Part shown: positions 51,316-58,611 of the stretch, in pieces
Layout: the number at the start of each line of letters is the position of its first letter
How positions within the stretch are numbered: the stretch's first letter is position 1
Assembly (NCBI GenBank): GCA_964618645.1
Contig: CAZUBW010000001.1
Location: forward strand, 83,236 to 147,235
Direction: 5' to 3'
DNA length: 64,000 bases
Source of the DNA: an uncultured Bacteroidales bacterium
Lineage (GTDB): Bacteria > Bacteroidota > Bacteroidia > Bacteroidales > UBA10428
Position numbers and translations under genes: made by a program
The notes under the pieces: model-generated
What the model saw: only the letters and a program-made list of their open reading frames with translations
Told to the model about the DNA's origin: nothing
The model's database searches: none

Positions 51316-52740
51316 TTAACGCTCCTCAATACTGAAGATCTCATTTCGGTCGAATGTTTCCCAATACCGGATAGCCTTCATCCTGACAAGCTCCCAATAG
51401 ATGTCGCTGTCGAGTCCATAGATTTTTGTTAATTCCCTGATATCACCTTCGATTTTCTTCCGGATAGCATCGCGCAGGGTAACCCTGATGGTTCTGCTCA
51501 TATAGGTAAAATCAGCCATGGGCAGCCGTGAATCATCGGCGGATATTTTTATCAGCCCATGTCCCAGGGTGGCACCAGTACTTACCTGGAGTCCGTCATT
51601 CATGCAACTGAAAGGTGGTACAAGTCCGGCATAAGACAAAACTGTCATCTCATCAATGCCTGCCCTGAAGTATTCCTTTGCCCTCATACCCATTTTAACC
51701 CCAACAATGGCATAAATGCCCAAATGACGATGCATTTCGTTTGCCATAACCCCGGCAATCCATTCTTCCCTGCCGTATTTTTTCAAAGTATTATATGCAA
51801 TTTCCTGTATATCGTGGTAATAGTAAGCTGTATCCATCGGGAAAAACTCCAGTACCTGATTGTGATTAAAGGTTTCACCCAGAAATATACTCTTGCAGGC
51901 ACGATGCACTTCTTCAGCAGTGGTGGATGCGTGTAACTGATAACCAATCATCTTGTTCACTGTATCACGCCTGAAAAGCAAAGGAAAATGCAGGAACAGG
52001 GCCACCGATTCATCAAAAAATGCCTTTGAATAGGGTGTTTCTTTAATAGTCAGGCTTTCAATAACCTTTTGTGCATGAATAAGGGGAATATCCCCGATTA
52101 TGCCCGTAAAATGATCGTCGTAGCGGTTAAAAGAGGTAGCATTTACCAGCACCAGCGGAAGGTTATGAGCTACCACTGCGGATACAGAGCCAGTGTCGAT
52201 GTTGTAATTAAAATTGCCGGAGTTTAAGTCAAAACGATTGCTCCAGATAACCTGTTCCACCTGCTCAGTGAAACCTTTATGAAGCTGAGATATAGCATGA
52301 ACGCTGCTTAACCCACCCAGGCACAGAAAATCGATCTTCTCACCTTCCAGGTTGTCAAGCACTTTACCCACCAGCAAAATTGCATCGGGAGGTGCCAGGG
52401 TATCGGCATACCTTGTACCCCAGTCGAAGTCACGCGCCGGCAAACAACCCTTATTCGCTGATTGTTGACCATAAAAACAGCCAACTGGTAAACCCTGGTG
52501 ATGAAGATCATTGAGCAGACTTTTTACCTTATGGTAAGTGGTGCGGGCATCCAGTACGCCATCGGAGGTAGTTATGGCCAGTACCCTTATATCGGGCGAT
52601 GCCAGCAACATGCAAATGGTACGGAAATCGTCCAACCCGCCATCGGTATCAATAATCACATAATGACCCGATTTCCAGGGATGTGCCATCAAACTTAGCG
52701 GTAACAGCGCCAGCATCAGCCAGAATAGACCCTTTTTCAT
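51316..52740 (-). CDS. secreted fusion protein: inosine-uridine nucleoside hydrolase-like domain + FmdE-like domain
   Basis: Signal peptide MKKGLFWLMLALLPLSLMA; IIDTDGGLDDF (the IUNH DTDxGxDD motif); C-terminal HRHLGIYAIVGVKMGMRA...SCMNDGLQVSTGATLGHGLI resembles the FmdE fold but lacks its usual Cys/His ligands. Confidence 0.55.
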   Translation of the reverse strand: MKKGLFWLMLALLPLSLMAHPWKSGHYVIIDTDGGLDDFRTICMLLASPDIRVLAITTSDGVLDARTTYHKVKSLLNDLHHQGLPVGCFYGQQSANKGCLPARDFDWGTRYADTLAPPDAILLVGKVLDNLEGEKIDFLCLGGLSSVHAISQLHKGFTEQVEQVIWSNRFDLNSGNFNYNIDTGSVSAVVAHNLPLVLVNATSFNRYDDHFTGIIGDIPLIHAQKVIESLTIKETPYSKAFFDESVALFLHFPLLFRRDTVNKMIGYQLHASTTAEEVHRACKSIFLGETFNHNQVLEFFPMDTAYYYHDIQEIAYNTLKKYGREEWIAGVMANEMHRHLGIYAIVGVKMGMRAKEYFRAGIDEMTVLSYAGLVPPFSCMNDGLQVSTGATLGHGLIKISADDSRLPMADFTYMSRTIRVTLRDAIRKKIEGDIRELTKIYGLDSDIYWELVRMKAIRYWETFDRNEIFSIEER

Positions 52741-52806
52741 GTGAAAAACATAATAGTGTGTTGCCAAGGTAATACTTTCCGGTTGAATACCAAATGGCGT
52801 TTTTAT

Positions 52807-52814
52807 TACCTTTG
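52807..52814 (+). promoter_or_regulatory. candidate -7 box (TACCTTTG) for msrC
   Basis: Exact TAnnTTTG, 19 nt upstream of ATG 52833. Confidence 0.35.
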
Positions 52815-52832
52815 GTAACTAAATGACATACC

Positions 52833-53300
52833 ATGAGCGAAATAAAAAACCGTAAAAGGGCCAGATACCTGCGCATTCATGATCAACTGAAAGCGCTGGT
52901 GATAAAAAGTGAAAACATTACCTCGCGAATGGCGACAATCAATGCCATTTTATATCACAAAATGGATGGTTTTTTCTGGGTGGGGTTTTACTTACTCCAC
53001 GATAAAAAACTCCAGGTTGGTCCCTACCAGGGCCCTGTCGCCTGCCTTGAACTATCTTATCAGACCGGGGTTTGCTGGGCAAGTATAACATCGGGTAAAC
53101 CCTTACTTGTGCCAGATGTACATGCGTTTCCGGGGCATATTGCCTGTGATGCCCGGTCGAAATCCGAAGTGGTCATTCCCTGCAGGAATAAAGCCGGACA
53201 GGTAATTGGTGTACTTGATATAGACAGCAATCTATTGGACAATTTCGATGAAATTGACGTGCAGGAACTGCAAAAAATTGTTGACCTGCTGAATCAATAA
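52833..53300 (+). CDS. msrC: GAF-domain free methionine-(R)-sulfoxide reductase
   Basis: 155 aa. FFWVGFYL, GPYQGPVACLEL, GVCWA, VHAFPGHIACDARSKSEVVIP and GVLDIDS are collinear with E. coli YebR/MsrC. Confidence 0.8.
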   Translation: MSEIKNRKRARYLRIHDQLKALVIKSENITSRMATINAILYHKMDGFFWVGFYLLHDKKLQVGPYQGPVACLELSYQTGVCWASITSGKPLLVPDVHAFPGHIACDARSKSEVVIPCRNKAGQVIGVLDIDSNLLDNFDEIDVQELQKIVDLLNQ

Positions 53301-53317
53301 ACTGAAACTTATTGCGG

Positions 53318-53689
53318 TCAGCTGCGGTCAAAGCCTTCGAGCAGTTCAGCAATTTTCTCGATGGAATAGGGTTTGCCCATAATTTTGTTAAATCCGTTTC
53401 CCGGACAGTCCTCGATAAACATACCGGGCGTATGGGCGGTAAGGGCAACAATGGGGATATCCTTTTTGGGCTGCAGGAGGTTTTCACGTATGTATTTCAT
53501 GGCTTCCACACCATTCATAACAGGCATTTCAAGGTCCATCAGCACCAGGTCGATATCGTTATGCTTTTCCAACGCTTCCAGCGCCTCCCTGCCATTCTCA
53601 ACTTCAATAAAATCGTGCCCCAGGCTCTTCAAAATCTCTGAAACCAACAAGCGGTTCGTGTAATAATCATCTGCAACAATAATCTTCAT
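53318..53689 (-). CDS. stand-alone response-regulator receiver protein (CheY-like)
   Basis: 123 aa with IIVADD, DLVLMDLEMPVMNG, ALTAH and KP motifs. No output domain. Confidence 0.88.
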   Translation of the reverse strand: MKIIVADDYYTNRLLVSEILKSLGHDFIEVENGREALEALEKHNDIDLVLMDLEMPVMNGVEAMKYIRENLLQPKKDIPIVALTAHTPGMFIEDCPGNGFNKIMGKPYSIEKIAELLEGFDRS

Positions 53690-53712
53690 CTTTACTTTCG
53701 TTTGGAATATGA

Positions 53713-54396
53713 TTAACCCAGTTCACTTAGGGTTTTGATAATTTTCATACTTTTAATGGTAACCGTTGAACCATCTAGACTTATAATTTTGTCGTTTTTA
53801 AATTCGGACAGCGTTCTGATAAAGCTCTCCTTGGTAGTGCCTGCCAGTTCAGCCAGCTCACGCCTGGTAAAAGGGAATTCAAATACTTCGCTCCGGTAGA
53901 TAATTTCTGAAAAATAAAGGATAACATCGGCAATGCGGCCGGGCAATTGTTTATGCGACTGCCCGATGAGCCGTTCAAAAATAAACAACCCCTCTTCGCT
54001 TAACGAATGAATAACACTACAGACAAATTCGTTATTGCGCTGAATGACACTTTTGAACTTTTCCAGTGAAATATAACCAATGGTTACGCTATTGATAGCC
54101 GAAGCAGAAAACTGGTTGACCGCAGTATTAAAAGCAGACATAAGTCCGATAAACTCACCAGCCCGGGCTATTTTCAGAATAAAGTTCCGCTTATTTCTGC
54201 CCTCCTTATAGATTTTAACCAACCCCGCTTTCACAAACATTACATGCGAAACAGGGGTGTGCTGACGCAGGATGATTTCCTTACCTTCGAATCCGACAAC
54301 CTGAATATGATCTTTCAGTTCATCGATTTCGTCAGGCAAAAGACAACCTTCCATGGGTAACACGGAAAATAAAGCTGATGCTTGCCTGGTGGCCAT
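53713..54396 (-). CDS. Crp/Fnr-family transcriptional regulator
   Basis: cNMP-binding beta-barrel (GKEIILRQHTPVSHVMFVKAGLVKIYKEG) and a C-terminal HTH (RRELAELAGTTKESFIRTLSEF). Confidence 0.85.
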   Translation of the reverse strand: MATRQASALFSVLPMEGCLLPDEIDELKDHIQVVGFEGKEIILRQHTPVSHVMFVKAGLVKIYKEGRNKRNFILKIARAGEFIGLMSAFNTAVNQFSASAINSVTIGYISLEKFKSVIQRNNEFVCSVIHSLSEEGLFIFERLIGQSHKQLPGRIADVILYFSEIIYRSEVFEFPFTRRELAELAGTTKESFIRTLSEFKNDKIISLDGSTVTIKSMKIIKTLSELG

Positions 54397-54489
54397 ATAA
54401 AATTGATCTGGCTTAAAAGTAATAAAAAAAGAAGCCGGGAGCAGACCAATTTATGAACAATCGAAATGTTTTGGTTCAGCAGGCAGTTT

Positions 54490-55911
54490 CTATGCCTTGT
54501 GAAGCAGTTCGAGCATGTTGCCGACCGTGCTGATTTCAATGAAAGAAGCGCTTTGTGTCCATTCAAAGTTACCACCCACAACAACCACCTTGTCGGATTT
54601 CTCGAGCAGGTTTTGGTCCATAAGGGTATTGAGGGCCCTGATGATAAAATTGTGACTTTGTCCCTCAGACAGATGGTCGGCATATACACCAAAGGAAAGT
54701 GCCAGTTCGCGCACTACTCGTTTGTCGTAACACTGCGCAAAAATGAGTTTCCGGCCACGATAACAAGCCATATTTCTGATGGTACGACCTGTAGAGGTAT
54801 CAGCAATTATGGCCTTACAGTCGAGTTCAATGGATGCCTCAACCGCCGACTTTGAAAGGTAGGCCGATGTGCGGGTACTCATAACAAGCATGGGCGTAAC
54901 ATGCATATCACCGCGACTCTTTTCCACTTCGAGGGCAATACGCGACATGGTTTCCACCGCTTCAACCGGGTATTTGCCATATGCAGTTTCGCCACTGAGC
55001 ATAATGGCATCGGCTTTTGAATAAATGGCATTGGCAACATCCGATACTTCAGCCCTTGTGGCACGTGGATTTTCGATCATCGAATGAAGCATCTGGGTGG
55101 CTACAATTACCGGTTTTCGCGAATCGATACATTTGTTGATGATCATTTTCTGAATACCGGGAATCTTTTCATAAGGAATTTCAATAGCCAGGTCACCACG
55201 GGCAACCATCACCCCGTAAACATGAGGTAATATTTCATCGAGGTTGTCAACACCCTCCTGGTTTTCAATTTTGGCAATGATTTTTATCCGCGATTTCTGG
55301 TTATCGAGGATTTGCTGAATGGCCATCACATCCTCCTTATTACGGACAAAAGAATGCGCTATAAAATCTATGTCATTATCAATAGCCAGCTGAATATAGG
55401 CAATATCTTTCTGATTGAGCGAGGGCAGGTTAAACTTTACACCCGGAACATTAACGCTCTTTTTGCCATTAACATTACCATCGTTGGTGGCAATACAGAT
55501 AAGGGCGTCAGCCGATTTTTCCACCACAATGAACTCCAACTCACCATCATCAATCAGTATCTTTTTCCCGGGGGTCATTTCTGCCACAAAATGGGCATAG
55601 CTGACATATATACATTCGGGTGTTGAACTTAATGTTGGGTCTCCTTTTATTATTATGTGATCGCCCTTTTTGACGAACACTTTGTAATCCGATGGTGTAG
55701 TGCGGATTTCCGGACCTTTTGTATCCAGCATCAGCGGTATCTTCTCCGATACAGACCTGACATTGTTGATTACCTTAATGGTATCTTCAGCAGACTGATG
55801 TGCAGTATTGAGCCTAACCACGTTCATACCTTTATCATACAATTGCCGGATAAACTCCTTGTCGCATCGCAGGTCGGAAATAGTGGCAACTATCTTGGTT
55901 TTCTTGTACAT
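54490..55911 (-). CDS. pyk: pyruvate kinase
   Basis: KTKIVATI, MNVVRLNTAH, LDTKGPEIRT, MVARGDLAIEIP, VATQMLHSM and a C-terminal regulatory domain. Start at ATG 55911. Confidence 0.92.
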   Translation of the reverse strand: MYKKTKIVATISDLRCDKEFIRQLYDKGMNVVRLNTAHQSAEDTIKVINNVRSVSEKIPLMLDTKGPEIRTTPSDYKVFVKKGDHIIIKGDPTLSSTPECIYVSYAHFVAEMTPGKKILIDDGELEFIVVEKSADALICIATNDGNVNGKKSVNVPGVKFNLPSLNQKDIAYIQLAIDNDIDFIAHSFVRNKEDVMAIQQILDNQKSRIKIIAKIENQEGVDNLDEILPHVYGVMVARGDLAIEIPYEKIPGIQKMIINKCIDSRKPVIVATQMLHSMIENPRATRAEVSDVANAIYSKADAIMLSGETAYGKYPVEAVETMSRIALEVEKSRGDMHVTPMLVMSTRTSAYLSKSAVEASIELDCKAIIADTSTGRTIRNMACYRGRKLIFAQCYDKRVVRELALSFGVYADHLSEGQSHNFIIRALNTLMDQNLLEKSDKVVVVGGNFEWTQSASFIEISTVGNMLELLHKA

Positions 55912-55938
55912 AAACAACTGTTTAAATAAAAAGCGGTG

Positions 55939-55946
55939 CAAAAGTA
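55939..55946 (-). promoter_or_regulatory. candidate -7 box (TACTTTTG on minus strand) for pyk
   Basis: Plus-strand CAAAAGTA lies 28 nt upstream of ATG 55911. Confidence 0.4.
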
Positions 55947-55995
55947 TGAATTAACTTCAGAAAAACTATATTCACCCTAAATTTAGCCAAAACAA

Positions 55996-56910
55996 TTGGA
56001 TTGGTCAAGCTATTCATCCGGATATAAAGCATTTCTCAAAATAGAGAAATCGTTATCAGAAAACTCGGTCATGGCCTATTTAAGCGACCTGGAGAAACTA
56101 AAGTCGTATTTCGACCAGGAAGCCATTGAAATCAAACCCGAAGACATTAATCCGCAACAACTTAATGATTTCCTGATTTGGGCCGCAGAGGCCGGCATAA
56201 GCCCCCGAAGCCAGGCAAGGCTCGTTTCCGGTATTAAATCGTTTTTCAGGTACCTGTTAATGGAAGAAAAGATATCATCAGATCCTGCCGAACTATTGGA
56301 AACTCCAAAACCAGGCCGGAAATTACCGGTAGTGCTAAGTCTTGATGAAATCGACCGTATCATAGCAGCCATTGACTTAAGTCAGCACGAAGGGCACCGT
56401 AACAAGGCAATTATCGAAACACTGTACAGTTGCGGGCTGAGGGTGTCAGAGCTGACTGACCTGCGGTTAACCAACCTGCACTTTGCTGAAGGATTTATCA
56501 AGGTTACAGGTAAGGGAAGCAAAGAAAGGCTGGTTCCGATAAGCAATAAGGCCGTATACGAAATAGAAATCTACCTTTCGCAGTACAGGAGCCAATTAAA
56601 ACCTGTTAAGGGAGCCGAGAACATTGTGTTCCTGAATCGGCGGGGCAATAAACTCAGCCGCATCATGATCTTTAACATCATAAAAGACCTGGCATTAAAA
56701 GCCGCGATCCGTAAACCCATTAGCCCTCATACTTTCCGTCATTCATTTGCCACACATCTCGTCGAAGGAGGAGCAGATTTGCGGGCAGTTCAGGAAATGC
56801 TGGGCCACGAGTCGATTCTGACTACAGAAATATACACCCATTTAAACCGTGAATACCTGAGAGACGCTATATTGCGATTTCATCCGCGTTCCATCAGCAA
56901 AAAGCACTAA
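55996..56910 (+). CDS. xerD: site-specific tyrosine recombinase XerD
   Basis: 304 aa with an N-terminal SAM-like core-binding domain (FLKIEKSLSENSVMAYLSDL) and catalytic R...HTFRHSFATHL...LGH...Y residues. TTG start in the ORF track. Confidence 0.85.
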   Translation: MDWSSYSSGYKAFLKIEKSLSENSVMAYLSDLEKLKSYFDQEAIEIKPEDINPQQLNDFLIWAAEAGISPRSQARLVSGIKSFFRYLLMEEKISSDPAELLETPKPGRKLPVVLSLDEIDRIIAAIDLSQHEGHRNKAIIETLYSCGLRVSELTDLRLTNLHFAEGFIKVTGKGSKERLVPISNKAVYEIEIYLSQYRSQLKPVKGAENIVFLNRRGNKLSRIMIFNIIKDLALKAAIRKPISPHTFRHSFATHLVEGGADLRAVQEMLGHESILTTEIYTHLNREYLRDAILRFHPRSISKKH

Positions 56911-56916
56911 AAGCAA

Positions 56917-56951
56917 AATCCGGTCACTGCATGAATTCTGTTGACCGGATT
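56917..56951 (-). terminator. rho-independent terminator closing the 3'UTR of the 137-aa TonB-C gene (may also stop convergent xerD)
   Basis: 10-bp stem AATCCGGTCA / TGACCGGATT. On the minus strand it is followed by TTTGCTTTT. Confidence 0.6.
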
Positions 56952-56982
56952 GTTGCCCTGAAAAGGATTACAGTTTCACTAT

Positions 56983-57143
56983 TTAGAGCTTGTCAATATA
57001 GTAAAATGCTTAACCGGACATTTGTCTGTTCAGAGAGTTCCATTTGCAAGGCTTGCGCAGTCCGAAAATGCGGAGTTTACTATTCGTAAATGAGCAATTT
57101 TCGGACAAGCGTAACGCAGCAAATGGGACTTTATGAACAGACC
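56983..57143 (-). repeat. stop-codon-abutting structured repeat, long form, copy 2
   Basis: 57021-57142 differs from 16201-16323 at about 4 positions, and the distal box TTAGAGCTTGTCAATA is shared. Starts directly after the TAG (57144-57146) of the 137-aa gene. Confidence 0.85.
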
Positions 57144-57557
57144 CTATTCAAGGTCAAACCTGACTTGTACCAGCATGGGGCACCGCCTTGGTTCACCGTT
57201 ATGGGTGGCCGGTTTAAGTTTAACGCTTCTGAGCGCCTTACAAACCTGGTCGGCACAATTACATCCGATATCTTCAATAATAACAACGGATGAAACACTG
57301 CCATCCTTTTCAACCATACACATTACCTTTACAATTCCTTCCAGTCCGTTTTCAACGGCATCCTGGGGATAGGTAATAAGCTCGCCGAGTGTGGATGTAA
57401 GATCCAAACCATTCTCAGCCATGGGGTACACATCGTAATTCTTCAACAGATCAGCTTTCGGGTCTTTTTCTGCGTTGGTTTGAGCAGCAGCAAACGACAG
57501 CGACAAGACAAGCAAAACTGTCGAAAGAGCGGAACATTTTAAAATTAAAGTTTTCAT
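57144..57557 (-). CDS. short secreted TonB C-terminal-domain protein
   Basis: Signal peptide MKTLILKCSALSTVLLVLSLSFAAAQ. TonB_C pattern YPQDAVENGLEGIVKVMCMVEKDGSVSSVVI...KLKPATHNGEP. No Pro-rich spacer. Confidence 0.75.
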   Translation of the reverse strand: MKTLILKCSALSTVLLVLSLSFAAAQTNAEKDPKADLLKNYDVYPMAENGLDLTSTLGELITYPQDAVENGLEGIVKVMCMVEKDGSVSSVVIIEDIGCNCADQVCKALRSVKLKPATHNGEPRRCPMLVQVRFDLE

Positions 57558-57709
57558 TTTGGCGCGTTTTTGGTTACTGAATACCCATGATCAAGGCATG
57601 TGCCAAACCGTGTTTTTATCTGTTTATCTGCATCTTAAGGAACTTTAATTCATTCTCTCTTCACACATAATTGACACAATCCGTGCAATAAATGTCCGAT
57701 AACGAACAC

Positions 57710-57742
57710 AAAAAAACCAGGCTGAAATGCATTCGCCTGGTT
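57710..57742 (-). terminator. rho-independent terminator for the 161-aa TonB-C gene
   Basis: Minus strand reads AACCAGGC-(12 nt loop)-GCCTGGTT followed by T7. Lies about 90 nt downstream of the stop. Confidence 0.75.
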
Positions 57743-57769
57743 TAATCAGCAAGAAAAATGATTTAAATA

Positions 57770-57830
57770 GAACTTATCAATTAAGCTGGAAAAATGTTCT
57801 GCTGTTAATGTGTCTGTTCAATGACACTAA
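57770..57830 (-). repeat. stop-codon-abutting repeat, short form (termini and distal box present, ~100-nt core absent)
   Basis: Minus strand reads TTAGTGTC-ATTGAACA-GACAC then ...CATTTTTCCAGCTTAATTGATAAGTTCTA. This aligns with both ends and the distal box of the long copies. Confidence 0.7.
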
Positions 57831-58316
57831 TTAGTTGTTTATCACAAAGGATACTGGCAGTACCATGCTCATGCGCACCGGTTGACCGTTTTGGATAACC
57901 GGTTGAATTTTGGCTTTTTTGAGTGTTTTAAGCACTTCACCAGACAGGACTTCATTGTTGCTGTCGATAACCAGCAAATTGGAAAGTCTGCCACTTTCTT
58001 CAATGGTAAAGAATACTTTTACAAACCCTTCGTCACCGCTTTCGATGGCAGATATGGGGTAATGGATATTTTCACCCAGGTAGGTCATCAGATCGGTGTC
58101 TTCAAGTGGTTCTGCCAGCAGCATGATTTCCTCAATGGATTTGACATGGTTTTCAACAATAACTGTATCGCCGGCCGAAGATACGGTTCTATAGGTTACG
58201 AGTGTTCCGGTTTCAACAATTGTCCCGGGTGAGATCATACCGGATACAGTTGAAATGAATGCCGTTCCGAAAAGCAGAATGGCAAAAGCGGTCAAACTAT
58301 GCAGTGTTTTCATCAT
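57831..58316 (-). CDS. short secreted TonB C-terminal-domain protein (paralog)
   Basis: Signal peptide MMKTLHSLTAFAILLFGTAFI. TonB_C pattern YPISAIESGDEGFVKVFFTIEESGRLSNLLV...KIQPVIQNGQPV. Confidence 0.75.
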   Translation of the reverse strand: MMKTLHSLTAFAILLFGTAFISTVSGMISPGTIVETGTLVTYRTVSSAGDTVIVENHVKSIEEIMLLAEPLEDTDLMTYLGENIHYPISAIESGDEGFVKVFFTIEESGRLSNLLVIDSNNEVLSGEVLKTLKKAKIQPVIQNGQPVRMSMVLPVSFVINN

Positions 58317-58560
58317 GTTAAAGATTAATTAGGTTATTACGATTTTAATATCTTTATATCATTATATATGCCAAAAATCGTTAAACTTTAATGGTCTGTA
58401 ACTTACCGGCATATTTTACATGAAACGCCAACCGGAATATGTACGTATTCGGGCATGGCTTGTCCGCTATCGTACAAAATCCAAAAATGATGCTTTTCCC
58501 GAACAGAAAATTCATGTATTCTGCCTTTTCAGGCCATTTTTTTATTAAGTTTGTGCTTTT

Positions 58561-58568
58561 TAAATTTG
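58561..58568 (+). promoter_or_regulatory. candidate -7 box (TAAATTTG) for ppdK
   Basis: Exact TAnnTTTG, 44 nt upstream of ATG 58612. Confidence 0.4.
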
Positions 58569-58611
58569 AGCAGTTATTTTTAACATATTGAAAACTAAAT
58601 AATTAATAAAA

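Noticed and set aside
55996-56910. Tyrosine recombinase as a marker of an integrated mobile element.
   Set aside because: The sequence is collinear with housekeeping XerD. There is no adjacent tRNA, direct repeats, excisionase or cargo genes, and the flanks are core metabolism.
57090-57372. Small plus-strand ORFs (67 and 79 aa) overlapping the hairpin repeat and the 3' end of the TonB-C gene.
   Set aside because: Their 5' parts are encoded by the palindromic repeat itself, and the same sequence at 16201-16323 has no equivalent ORF. The rest is antisense to a supported gene.
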